Assembly: GCA_965250005.1 (NCBI GenBank)
Contig: OZ252279.1
Span: 1,230,001-1,262,000, forward strand
Source: Demequinaceae bacterium
Lineage (GTDB): Bacteria; Actinomycetota; Actinomycetes; Actinomycetales; Demequinaceae
Length of the DNA stretch: 32,000 nucleotides
Reading direction: 5' to 3'
Shown: piece by piece, positions 18,512 through 28,162 of the stretch
How positions within the stretch are numbered: position 1 is the stretch's first letter
How the letters are laid out: every line of letters begins with the position of its first letter
Notes under the pieces: generated by a model
Database searches by the model: none
Told to the model about the DNA's origin: nothing
The model's input: only the letters and a program-made list of their open reading frames with translations
Translations under genes and position numbers: made by a program

Positions 18512-19588
18512 CTAACTGCGGAGTAGCGCTGCGACCGCTCGAGCGAGCCTGGGGCTGCCCTCGTCAAACGCGGGATCGCTCAGAGCCCACGAGCGCCCCG
18601 CATCGGCAAGAGCGGCAAGCAGCGCCGGGCGTGCGGACCACTCGCGCAACTGCGCGCTTGCCTCTTCCGCGTCTGCGGCGACAACTCCACCCCCGGAGGC
18701 CTCAATCAGTTCTCTTTGCCGGGGCAGGCCAGTCACGATGGCTGCTATCCCGTTCGCGGCGTATTCATAAACCTTCGACGGCGACGCATCGCGGAATGCG
18801 GGCGTGTCGTGGAGCAGCGAGAACCCGGCCCACGAGCCGCGGGCGATAGCCCAAGCCGCGGCCGGAGGGAGGCGACCGTGCCACGTGACGCGGTCTGCGA
18901 GTTCGGCGGCGTGCCGGTCAAACTCGACGCGATCTGCTGCGGCCACAGGCCCAATCAGGTCGAGGGTCCATCCAGGAGCGTCTCGAATCGCGTCGAGCAT
19001 GTCGAACGCTCCCCGGCTCGCGCGGATGTCGCCCACGTAGACGGCGCGCGGCTGTGAAGCGCGAGGCTCCCGGTCGGCGACTACCGGGACGTTGCGGACG
19101 ACCAGACGTCGCGGGGCGTCCGGCAACAGATGGTTGTCGGCCACCGAGGTGAGATTGGCCGCCGCGGCAGCCCGCTCGCCGGCGCGCGCGACGCGCAGCC
19201 CGGCCCATGCGGCGGGCCCGCGCGCCCACGCGCGGTCGCGCAGCAAGGCCACGTAATCTTCGTGCACGTCGGCGACGTGCAGGATCGACCGCGAGAATCG
19301 CACTCGGCGGTGGCACGCCACAGCCGAGTCAGGATCGAGCGAGACAAGCACGCGGCCCCGGGCGCGCCAAGCGATGGTCAGTCCCCCCCAGTAGCGAGAC
19401 ACCATGGCGCCTCGGTTTGAGGTCTGCACCCGAATGGCCGCAGGGGGAGCCTCGCTTTGCTCACCGAGCCCGAGCACTTCCACCGCGAGTCCGCTCGCGG
19501 CGAGGGCTTCGACGTGCCGGTGAAGGCGCGCGTCCGCGACGTCGTGCCCAGTCGTGACAATGCTGACGTCAGGCCGGGGAACGCCCAT
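18512..19588 (-). CDS. Glycosyltransferase (GT4-like)
   Basis: ATG 19588 (MGVPRPDVSIVTTGHDVADARLHRHVEALAASGLAVEVLGLG); AVYVGDIRASRGAFDMLDAI, HGRLPPAAAWAIARGSWAGFSLL, SPSKVYEYAANGIAAIVT. Confidence 0.78.
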   Translation of the reverse strand: MGVPRPDVSIVTTGHDVADARLHRHVEALAASGLAVEVLGLGEQSEAPPAAIRVQTSNRGAMVSRYWGGLTIAWRARGRVLVSLDPDSAVACHRRVRFSRSILHVADVHEDYVALLRDRAWARGPAAWAGLRVARAGERAAAAANLTSVADNHLLPDAPRRLVVRNVPVVADREPRASQPRAVYVGDIRASRGAFDMLDAIRDAPGWTLDLIGPVAAADRVEFDRHAAELADRVTWHGRLPPAAAWAIARGSWAGFSLLHDTPAFRDASPSKVYEYAANGIAAIVTGLPRQRELIEASGGGVVAADAEEASAQLREWSARPALLAALADAGRSWALSDPAFDEGSPRLARAVAALLRS

Positions 19589-19593
19589 CGTCG

Positions 19594-20415
19594 CTACATG
19601 TCTTCCATCGTGAGCGCAGTCTCGCCCACGTTGAGGAACTTCTCGTACTCCTTGACGCACTCGTCGGTAGTGCCGCGCATCATGAGCTTGCCCTTGTGCA
19701 GCCAAATGGCCTCGTCGCAGAGCTCCTTGATGGTTCCAAGCGAGTGGGACACGAGGAACATCGCGCGAGCGGACTCCATCATCTCGTCCATCTTGGCCGC
19801 GGCCTTGGTGCGGAAGTGGGCGTCACCAGCAGAGAGCGCCTCGTCAACCAGGAGCACGTCCGGCTGAAGCGCGACTGAAACCGAGAAGGCGAGCCGCTGG
19901 AGCATTCCGGAGGAGTACGTGCGCAGTTGCGCCTCGATGAAGCCTTCGAGCTCCGCGAACTCGGTCACGGCGTCGGCGCGATCGCGGACGGCGTCACGCG
20001 TCATACCTGCGGCGAGGCCGCCGAGCATGATGTTCTCGCGGCCGGTGAGCAGCGGGTTGAAGCCCACTCCCAGCGCGAGCAGCGAGCTGACGTTTCCGTG
20101 CACGTCAATGCGGCCAGTGGACGGGGGTAGGGCACCAGCCAGGGCGCGCATGAGCGTGGACTTACCCGCGCCGTTCGCTCCGATGACGCCAACCTTGCGC
20201 CCCAACTCCACGTCGAAGGAGACGTGATCAAGCGCCTTGACGTTCTTGACGGCGCGTTCGCCGCGACCGAAGCGAACGATCGCTTTCTTGAACGTGGGCA
20301 CCCGCTCGAACGTGGTGCGGTACTCGATCGATACGTCCTTGACGGAGACGGCGATATCAGGCTTTGCGCCAAACTTCTTGCGCGGCTTTGCCTTAGATGC
20401 GGACAGCAAAATCAC
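19594..20415 (-). CDS. ABC transporter ATP-binding protein for polysaccharide/teichoic acid export (TagH/Wzt-like)
   Basis: GANGAGKSTLMRALAG Walker A, TGRENIMLGG, YSSGMLQRLAFSVS signature, VLLVDEALSAGD Walker B; no long C-terminal carbohydrate-binding extension. Confidence 0.88.
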   Translation of the reverse strand: MILLSASKAKPRKKFGAKPDIAVSVKDVSIEYRTTFERVPTFKKAIVRFGRGERAVKNVKALDHVSFDVELGRKVGVIGANGAGKSTLMRALAGALPPSTGRIDVHGNVSSLLALGVGFNPLLTGRENIMLGGLAAGMTRDAVRDRADAVTEFAELEGFIEAQLRTYSSGMLQRLAFSVSVALQPDVLLVDEALSAGDAHFRTKAAAKMDEMMESARAMFLVSHSLGTIKELCDEAIWLHKGKLMMRGTTDECVKEYEKFLNVGETALTMEDM

Positions 20416-21259
20416 GCTCCCTTCGCAGGAAGACCACGGTGCCCAGAATCAGCACACCAAATGCCCAAGCCGCGGCGATCAAAAATGTTTGCCCCGACGG
20501 CACCGTGTTCTCAAGCATCACTTGCTGCCATCCGCCCACCAGCGAATAGAGCGGGTTCAAGTAGATCCAGCCTTCGGCCCAGGTGCCAACAGGGGTCGAA
20601 ACCGGCCACAGCACTGGCGACGTGTACAGCCAGATTCGCGTGACGTACGGCAGGAAGCTGGTGGTGTCGCGGAAGTAGACCATCAGCGTCGCGAAGAACG
20701 CTGCAAGCCCCGCCGCGAACAACACCATCAGCACGATGAAGACCACCCCAAGCAGCATCGTCCAAGAGAAGGGCTCGCCCGTGGTCGCTCGGATGACGAG
20801 GTAAACCGGGAGCGTGGGCCAGAAGCGCGACCACGAGATGCGCAAAGCGCCAAGCGGCATCAGCAGGCGCGGGAAGTTCATGTTCAGGATCAACTTGCCG
20901 CCAGTCACGATCGACTGGGCGCCAGCGAGCATCGCGCCGCTCATCAGGTTGAAGATGAACAGCCCACCAGTGATCTGCGCAAGAATGGTGGTTCCCGAGC
21001 CGAATTTGTCGCCCGCAAGCACCGCGACGAGTAGGTAATAGACCCCAGCAAGGAGCAGAGGGTTCATGATTAGCCAGATCTGCCCGAAGACCGTCTGCGT
21101 GTTCGCGGCGCGAATTGTCGAGCGCGCGTACTCCGCGACGAATTGACGGCGCGCCCAGACGTCGGCAAAATACTTCTTCAGCGGCGGGAGGCCTGCGCGA
21201 TACGGAAGGTAAACGTGGTGCTTGACGGGAGCGGCTTGCGCGGCGTCAGACGTCGCCAT
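20393..21259 (-). CDS. ABC transporter permease for polysaccharide/teichoic acid export (TagG/Wzm-like)
   Basis: ARSTIRAANTQTVFGQIWLIMNPLLLAGVYYLL, MVYFRDTTSFLPYVTRIWLYTSPVLWP, YLNPLYSLVGGWQQVML; adjacent to the matching ATPase. Start ATG 21259. Confidence 0.88.
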   Translation of the reverse strand: MATSDAAQAAPVKHHVYLPYRAGLPPLKKYFADVWARRQFVAEYARSTIRAANTQTVFGQIWLIMNPLLLAGVYYLLVAVLAGDKFGSGTTILAQITGGLFIFNLMSGAMLAGAQSIVTGGKLILNMNFPRLLMPLGALRISWSRFWPTLPVYLVIRATTGEPFSWTMLLGVVFIVLMVLFAAGLAAFFATLMVYFRDTTSFLPYVTRIWLYTSPVLWPVSTPVGTWAEGWIYLNPLYSLVGGWQQVMLENTVPSGQTFLIAAAWAFGVLILGTVVFLRRERDFAVRI

Positions 21260-21387
21260 GTCATCTCCCCTAAGGCCGTTGCTTGAACGAGTCGCGGTCG
21301 CCATCGAGGCGCGCGGGCGTGCTTGGTTTTCGCCGCTAAGGCTACCAGCGAACGTACCCGCGGCCTGCACCCTGTGGGCGGGCGAGG

Positions 21388-22562
21388 TTACGGGCGGGAG
21401 CCGATGTAAGAGGCCATCGCGTTCGCGGAGAACTCGCCCGTATGGACGGTCGCCGCGAACTCTCGCGACGCTGCGCGGTACCGCGCACGACTGTCAGGGT
21501 CGGCGGCGAGGTCGCGAACCACGTTGGCGACGGTCGCCCGCGTCGCCTCAACGATTGGGAGCTCGAGCCGCGTCGCGCTCTTGACCGTCGCGCGCACGTC
21601 TTCTGTAATGTGGCCGACGACGACGCATCCCGCCGCCATCGCCTCCGCGGCCGCGGCGCCATAGCTGCCGAGGGCGAACTGGTCGAGGAAGACATCTGCG
21701 ATGGACATGAGCGCGAGGACGCCAGGGCGACGCATGCCACTTGCTCGCCGCAAGTCGATTGTGCCGTCTCCGGCGAGCGGTGCCAACTCCTCCGTGACCG
21801 CGCCGATGCCCTTGAGCGTGTGCACAGTTGATGCATACACCACGACGAGCCCCGAGTCCGTGCCAGGTCGCTCTCCAGTACCTGGCGCGACGCCCACCAC
21901 GACAGGGCACCACACTGAACCGTCTACAACTCCCAACGGGTCAGGCGTCGACACAAACCTCGCGCCAGCAAAGTCAGCCAACTGCGTGTGAAGAGCCACC
22001 GTTTGCTTCTCGAGCGCCTGCGTCAGTTCCGCCGACGCGTCATGAAACGGCGACGCTGGAACGTTCGCCGCGTGCTGCGACGGCACGCGCACGTCGGAAC
22101 CGTGCGCGAAGAATGCGGGCTCGACGCCGCGCTCGCCAAGATAGTTTGCCTCGTCGATCCAGCTGTCGAACAGCGACCCGATCATGGGGCGCCCTGACTC
22201 CCATGCCACGTGCGTCGCAGGCTCCAATACTCCCGCGAGCACCGCGTCTTGCCAGCCTGTCGCGCCGGCCCACACTTCGCGAGGCACCTTCACCGACGCG
22301 GAAAACCCGGCGAGGTGGACCGCACCACCATGATCGACCGCGACTCGACGCTGTCGAGGTGCGTGGCGGCAGCCCGCGCCCATGCGTCCGCCTGGCCTGC
22401 AGAGTTCGCGGGGCCGACGACAAGACGTGCTCCATCCGTAGCCCACGGCTCCAGCGCGGCCATCTGTCGGTACATACGCGCAGAGGTGACCCTTGCCCGC
22501 GTGTCCCGCAGCCTGCTCCGCACCGCACTCAACGCACCGTTGCGGGCGGTCGCGTTCGTCAT
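21388..22562 (-). CDS. Glycosyltransferase encoded in two overlapping frames (frameshift at about 22302-22308)
   Basis: Frame 1 (22562 to 22290): ...ARLVVGPANSAGQADAWARAAATHLDSVESRSIMVVRSTSPGF; frame 2 (to 21388): SASVKVPREVWAGATGW...IADVFLDQFALGSYGAAAAEAMAAGCVVVGH...SYIGSRP. The joined product is about 391 aa. Confidence 0.68.
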
Positions 22563-22820
22563 GCGTGAAGTCTGGCACGGGGACCGGCTTCACTGAGCGT
22601 GTACGCGTGTTCTGCCGTGCCCCTCAATGACGATTGATGCGGCGAGCGCTTCGCGAGACTAACGAAGTCGGGACTATCGACGACGCCGCACGGCTACAGC
22701 TGCAAGACACGGCACGAACGTAAAGACACGGCGAAGTTCGCGTCATGCGGAAAGCCTAGACCTAGATCAACGGGGCAGTCACGAACCCACTGAGGCGCTC
22801 GGGAACGGTACCGTTTACCC

Positions 22821-23396
22821 ATGCTTCTTTCAGACCGCGACATCCGTTCCGAAATCGACGCTGGCCGAGTCAAGCTCGACCCCTACGAGCCAGGCATGAT
22901 CCAGCCGTCGTCAATCGACGTGCGGCTCGACAAGTTCTTCCGCGTATTCGACAATCACAAGTACACGGCGATTGACCCAGCAGCGGACCAGCCCGATCTC
23001 ACGCGCCTCATTGAGATCACCAACGACGAGCCGTTCGTGCTCCACCCCGGCGAGTTCGTGCTCGGATCGACCTACGAATCCGTGACACTGCCTGACGACA
23101 TCGCCGCGCGACTCGAGGGCAAGTCCTCGCTCGGCCGACTGGGACTGCTAACGCACTCCACGGCCGGATTCGTCGACCCTGGTTTCGAGGGAAACGTGAC
23201 GCTGGAGCTCAGCAATGTCGCAACGCTGCCCATCAACCTGTGGTCGGGGATGAAGATTGGGCAGCTGTGCTTCGTGCGCCTATCGAGCCCAGCTGAGCAC
23301 GCCTACGGATCCGTGAAGTACGGCTCCCGCTACAGCGGCCAACGTGGGCCGACAGCCTCCAAGTCGTTCAAGAACTTCCACCGCACCGAGCTCTAA
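22821..23396 (+). CDS. dcd: dCTP deaminase (Dcd/DUT family)
   Basis: [95 protein letters not shown]. Confidence 0.96.
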   Translation: MLLSDRDIRSEIDAGRVKLDPYEPGMIQPSSIDVRLDKFFRVFDNHKYTAIDPAADQPDLTRLIEITNDEPFVLHPGEFVLGSTYESVTLPDDIAARLEGKSSLGRLGLLTHSTAGFVDPGFEGNVTLELSNVATLPINLWSGMKIGQLCFVRLSSPAEHAYGSVKYGSRYSGQRGPTASKSFKNFHRTEL

Positions 23397-23545
23397 GGTG
23401 CGCCGGCGACGCCAACTCAACTATTCGAAGAAGACGACCTGTGCTTCGGTTGTCCTCCGAACAGGCCAGACCCGCGCAACCAGAATTCACAACGCGGTGC
23501 AGGCGAAGTACCTCCTGGAGGGGGCTCGCGCCAGGGCCCACCCCG

Positions 23546-24937
23546 CTACTTGGAGGCAACTCGTTTTCGCGAGAACACGAGTCGCCAGACGTTGACCGCG
23601 ACGGCTCGCATCCTTCTGGGCTGCAGGTAGTCGATTGCCCTGTACCGCAGAATCGCAAGCGCCATCGGTCGCGCATAGAGGCTGAAGTCGCCTCGAGCAC
23701 GCGCCTCAGCGAAGGCCTCAAGTGAGAGCCGAGATAGCAGCCGACGCTGCCGAATCAGCGCCCGCCGGATGAGGGTGCTGCCCTTGTACGACGGTTCGAC
23801 GCGTTTGAGGGGCGCACCGAGGCCGGCGGCCACGTCATCCGCGAGCCGCACCTGGAGCCCATCCCGCCGATGGCGATAGTTGCCAGCCTGAGATTTCGCT
23901 GCGGCGGCGGGAGTAAGCACGTCCAAGGACACAGAACCAGTAGTCGCGCCGTCCTCGATCATCCGTGTCAGGTCATCGTTTCTACTCACGACGATGTTGG
24001 TGCCGCGCCACTCGTCAACGTATTCCGGAAGCCAAGCGTCGGCGAATGCAACGTCGGCTGTCTCCGCGAATACGTCATCGCAGTAGTTGCATGCGTTAGG
24101 CTGGAACGCGCCGTATCCCCAGTTGCCGTCGAGCGTTTCCGACATGGGCCGAACGATCGGTGTCGACTCGCCACGTTTGGTGACCGCGTAATTGTATTTG
24201 CTGGCAGGACCACTCTGGCTCTTGACGCGAAAATCTACGGCTTCAAGCTCGGTTGGAGCCACGTTCGCCTGCCACGCTAGCGACTCAGCGTAGAACTGAC
24301 TCTTCAGGTGGCCGCAAACCAACCCGAAGTAGTATTTCAGCTGCTCGTTGAGGACGTCGTCTTCTTCGGCAAGGAGCCGCGAAGCGCGAATGAAGCACGG
24401 CACTCCGACAAGCGCATAGCGCAGCCCGTCCCCGCGAATCTGCAACAAGACTTCTTCGAGCGACACTGACGAGTAATTGGACTTGCGGCTATTGGCGAGA
24501 TCTTCTTGGCTGCTCGACACCCGATACTCAAAATGCCCCTGGTCTGAGCGGCCAACATGCATCACGCCATCCACCTCGCCACGGGCAAGAAGCTCTCCAA
24601 GGAGCCACGACGTCATACCACCGGAGCTGCTTCCCAGAATCTGTTCGTCATTCGAAATTCTCCCGGCCCAGATTTCCCGGTAGTACCCCAATTCAGAATT
24701 ATGGTCGCTGCCTTCAAAGCGCGAGGCACCGAGACTGTCTTCGTTCTTCGACTCATCGCTAAACGGACACACGCGACTCGCGGCCGCTACGTCTTCATCG
24801 GTTGCTTGGTCGAGATTCGCTTCGTAGGTGCCTCGTCGACCGAGAGTGACACTGACAGCGCCGCCGGTTCGAACTGCGCAAGCCCCGCAACCGACGCACA
24901 TGGCTTGGCCGACTACCTGCTCGATTCCATGAGTCAT
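23546..24937 (-). CDS. Coenzyme F420 hydrogenase/dehydrogenase beta-subunit (FrhB)-family protein of the exopolysaccharide-cluster type
   Basis: MCVGCGACAV...VCPF cysteine motif, GSSSGGMTSWLLGELL, YALVGVPCFIRASRLL, CGHLKSQFYAESLAW, CNYCDDVFAETADVAFADAWLPEY; next to a pyruvyl transferase. Confidence 0.85.
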   Translation of the reverse strand: MTHGIEQVVGQAMCVGCGACAVRTGGAVSVTLGRRGTYEANLDQATDEDVAAASRVCPFSDESKNEDSLGASRFEGSDHNSELGYYREIWAGRISNDEQILGSSSGGMTSWLLGELLARGEVDGVMHVGRSDQGHFEYRVSSSQEDLANSRKSNYSSVSLEEVLLQIRGDGLRYALVGVPCFIRASRLLAEEDDVLNEQLKYYFGLVCGHLKSQFYAESLAWQANVAPTELEAVDFRVKSQSGPASKYNYAVTKRGESTPIVRPMSETLDGNWGYGAFQPNACNYCDDVFAETADVAFADAWLPEYVDEWRGTNIVVSRNDDLTRMIEDGATTGSVSLDVLTPAAAAKSQAGNYRHRRDGLQVRLADDVAAGLGAPLKRVEPSYKGSTLIRRALIRQRRLLSRLSLEAFAEARARGDFSLYARPMALAILRYRAIDYLQPRRMRAVAVNVWRLVFSRKRVASK

Positions 24938-25036
24938 GGGCTCACTCTAGCTCGTGACTGCGACCGCCGAGATTCGCCGATCAAGGTCGCCTGAAGGACT
25001 TCCCAACCGCGTCCGATCTGACTACCGGAAGCGGAA

Positions 25037-26122
25037 CTAGCTAGCCGCGACCGTACCGGTCGTGCCGTCAATACCCAGTGCCTCTGTTAGGAACATCGCG
25101 GAGGAGTCTCGCATCGCATCGAGCGCCTTGCTCACTGCACTCCAGTCGATTTCTTGGGAGTACAGCCGATCAATGGTCGCGGCGTCATAGTCGCGAAGGA
25201 TACGATCCTCCATTCCTACCGCCTCGAGGAGCGTGTCAAATCGCCCGTTCATCCCGTGTCCAACCCCTTCGACAGCGACAACAACGAATGGCCGCTGGAA
25301 GATCAGGCAGAAGACGACACCGTGGAATGAGTTCGTCACCACGAACTCAGCGTTCTTGAGGTGGAAGAGCCAGTCAAGCACTGAGATTGGCCCCCGCTCG
25401 TAGAGAGCCTCGCCTGCGAAGTGAGTAGTCGCCACGTAATCCCTGGCCTGGCGGGCAGTGTCCTGGCTCCGATGCAGGAGGTACGGGAAGAACCGATACG
25501 TCTCAGCGGGCTTATGATTGCCAATGAGTCGCTCGTAGTCGTCGGAACGCAAGAGCAAAGTGGGGTCCACCGCCACCTTCGCCGCTAGCCCCATCGACTC
25601 CACGATCGCTGCCCCAGATTCCTCGCGCACGCTGATCGCATTGAACTTGGCGAGTTCTGGCTGCGCTACTGCCGTCGTTTCGTCGCTCAGACTCTCAACG
25701 CCAAAGCTCGCGGCATAGGAGATCCGCTTCTTCTCGGGCGGCACGAAGTCCAATAAGTAACTCCGGGTCGGCCCACCCTCCGCATTAAGGGTGAACCACT
25801 CGTTCCAAATCTGATCGCTCCCACACACCAGCACGTCATAGTCGGCAGCAGCGTTGCCGAGCGAGGCTCTTGAACGATACCTCTTCGCGGATACCGCAAG
25901 GTGGCGCCGCCGGAAGGAGCGCATTTTGCGTTCGCGGGCGAAGTCCGTGAATGCCGTCTGCCTCAGCCGTTGGAGGAGCCGGATCGCGACCACACGAACA
26001 GGAACATAGTCGACGATTTCTGTCTCGAATCCTCGCCCGGACAAGAACTGCTGAAGAGCGTACGCCTGAATGATCGCACCGTAATTTGTCGCCCAATGAA
26101 ATGTAAGCGTGCCAATTCTCAC
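25037..26122 (-). CDS. Polysaccharide pyruvyl transferase family protein
   Basis: MRIGTLTFHWATNYGAIIQAYALQQFL, YDVLVCGSDQIWNEWFT, KRISYAASFG, ISVREESGAAI, VAVDPTLLL, VVTNSFHGVVFCLIFQRPFVVV. Confidence 0.93.
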   Translation of the reverse strand: MRIGTLTFHWATNYGAIIQAYALQQFLSGRGFETEIVDYVPVRVVAIRLLQRLRQTAFTDFARERKMRSFRRRHLAVSAKRYRSRASLGNAAADYDVLVCGSDQIWNEWFTLNAEGGPTRSYLLDFVPPEKKRISYAASFGVESLSDETTAVAQPELAKFNAISVREESGAAIVESMGLAAKVAVDPTLLLRSDDYERLIGNHKPAETYRFFPYLLHRSQDTARQARDYVATTHFAGEALYERGPISVLDWLFHLKNAEFVVTNSFHGVVFCLIFQRPFVVVAVEGVGHGMNGRFDTLLEAVGMEDRILRDYDAATIDRLYSQEIDWSAVSKALDAMRDSSAMFLTEALGIDGTTGTVAAS

Positions 26123-26353
26123 TCTTCTTCTCCCAACGCAAATAGGTTCGCGGAAAGTTCACCGATCACTACTCTGCCGATTCCGGTCCACGTCTGCAAG
26201 CGGCGCCTTGATGGGGCTGCCTTCGCCCATGACTATGCAGTTTTACCCGCCCGCGAGCTAGCGCCTCCGCAACCACCAACTTGCACCTGCGCGCACCTGC
26301 TCGACGTCGGGCTTCAAGACTGACGCGTGTCCCGTGGAATGTAGGCTGGCACC

Positions 26354-28162
26354 ATGTTTCCCACCATCAAGCGCACGCTCGAAACCATGCCCCGCGCAGA
26401 ACGTCGGCGCTTCAACGTGTTGCTAGTTGCGCGCTCGGCGACGGCGGTTTTCGACGTCATCGGAGTCCTCCTCATTGGGCTCATCGGCGCGACGGCTACC
26501 GGTGCATTGGACTCGGGTTCAGCAGGCCCAGTTGTCCTAGGTTTTGATGTCTTGTCTGTCGCCGACCCAGAGAATCTCCTCCCGCTCACCATGATCACCC
26601 TGGGTTTCTTCGTCACTAAGGCCATCCTGGCGGTCTGGCTCACGCGCGTTCACACCAAGTTCGTAGCGCGGGTCGAGAGCCGTACCGCAACCGACCTCAC
26701 CGAACGGATTCTGCACAGCAGTCTCTCTCAACTTGAAGCGTGGACGCGCTCCGAATTGACGTACAGCATTACGTATTCACTGAACGCAGCATTCACCCGC
26801 CTGCTCACCCACTACGCAACGCTTGTGACCGAGGGCTTTCTGCTCATCAGCATCGCTGCCGTGTTGCTGGTCATCAGCCCAGTAACTATGGCAATCGTCG
26901 TGGTCTACTTCGCCGCGCTTGGGTTCGTTATCCAAGCCTTCATCGGGGGCCGCCAACAAAGAGCCGGCATCGAGTTCGCTGATTCAACGGTCAAATCGAC
27001 TGACGCAATGACGGAATCCATCACGGCATACCGCGAAATCTTCACGCTCGGGCGCCAGGCCCGATTCGTGCAGAACTTCGGCAACACGCGACGTGACATG
27101 GCCGAGAGTGCGGGGGCGATCCAGTTTGTGATGGCGCTCCCGCGCTACATCGTTGAAATCGCCCTGCTCGTCGGTGCCGTCGCACTCATCGGAAGCCAAC
27201 TGGCGGCAAACGATCCGGCGACGGCAGCATCAATGCTGGGAGTCTTCCTCACCGCTGGAGTTCGCATCATGGCCTCCCTGCTTCCGCTGCAACGGGCTGC
27301 TGGCGGGATTCGCCAAGTTGCCGCGGAGTCCGCCCTCGCACACCGATTGCTCGCTGACTACGATCACGTGGAAGTCCCCGAGCGCGCGGACTCGCCCGAG
27401 CTCAACCCCGATGCGGGGGGGCTCGCGATCGAAGTCAGTGACGTAAATTTCACCTACGAAGCCTCCGCGACTCCGGCGTTGAACAAGGTGAACCTCACGG
27501 CAAGACCCGGCGAATATGTTGCCGTCATTGGTGCGTCCGGCGCTGGCAAGAGCACGCTCGCGGATCTCCTACTTGGCCTCCTCGCACCAGACTCAGGAGC
27601 AATCAAACTTGACGGAGCAACTCCCCGCCAACTCGACATGGACCGTCCCGGTTCTGTCGCCTACGTTCCACAAAATCCTGGACTGGTGAGCGGTTCGATC
27701 GCCGAGAACGTTGCGCTTGGCCACGCCCCCGAGGACATTGACTACGACCGCGTCGAGTGGGCGCTGGGCGAGGCCAGCCTCGCCGAGCACGTACGCGGAC
27801 TGGCCGACGGAGTGCAAACGTCAGTCGGCAAACAGACGAACGCGCTGAGCGGCGGCCAGGTTCAGCGACTCGGCCTTGCTCGCGCACTTTACGCTGAGCC
27901 GCGACTTCTCGTCCTTGACGAGGCAACGAGCGCACTCGATGCAGAATCTGAGTCCGTCGTTGGAGACTCGCTACGACGCCTGCACGGCAAGGTCACCCTG
28001 GTCGTCATCGCCCACCGCCTCTCAACGGTGCAGCATGCGGACACCGTCCATGTAATGGAGAACGGCAGAATCATCGCATCGGGTCCGTTCGCTCACCTGC
28101 TCAAGACTGTGCCCGTCGTGGCCCACTACGCCGAACTGATGTCGCTCGGGGAGAGCCCGTAG
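26354..28162 (+). CDS. ABC exporter with fused membrane and nucleotide-binding domains (PglK/MsbA-like), probable polysaccharide or lipid-oligosaccharide flippase
   Basis: Six-TM-like N-terminal half; IGASGAGKSTLADLLLGLLAPDSG Walker A; ALSGGQVQRLGLARALYAEPRLLVLDEATSALD signature and Walker B; VIAHRLSTVQHADTV. Confidence 0.88.
   Translation: MFPTIKRTLETMPRAERRRFNVLLVARSATAVFDVIGVLLIGLIGATATGALDSGSAGPVVLGFDVLSVADPENLLPLTMITLGFFVTKAILAVWLTRVHTKFVARVESRTATDLTERILHSSLSQLEAWTRSELTYSITYSLNAAFTRLLTHYATLVTEGFLLISIAAVLLVISPVTMAIVVVYFAALGFVIQAFIGGRQQRAGIEFADSTVKSTDAMTESITAYREIFTLGRQARFVQNFGNTRRDMAESAGAIQFVMALPRYIVEIALLVGAVALIGSQLAANDPATAASMLGVFLTAGVRIMASLLPLQRAAGGIRQVAAESALAHRLLADYDHVEVPERADSPELNPDAGGLAIEVSDVNFTYEASATPALNKVNLTARPGEYVAVIGASGAGKSTLADLLLGLLAPDSGAIKLDGATPRQLDMDRPGSVAYVPQNPGLVSGSIAENVALGHAPEDIDYDRVEWALGEASLAEHVRGLADGVQTSVGKQTNALSGGQVQRLGLARALYAEPRLLVLDEATSALDAESESVVGDSLRRLHGKVTLVVIAHRLSTVQHADTVHVMENGRIIASGPFAHLLKTVPVVAHYAELMSLGESP

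Noticed and set aside
23397-23545. Possible terminator or small RNA between convergent dcd and the FrhB-like gene
   Set aside because: Only weak GC-rich complementarity and no clear stem followed by a T-run on either strand.
23546-24937. Missing fourth cysteine in the N-terminal CxxCGxC motif of the FrhB-like protein
   Set aside because: Noted as possible novelty, but a later VCPF cysteine may complete the set and, from memory, this arrangement is common in the exopolysaccharide-cluster subfamily; not separately reported.
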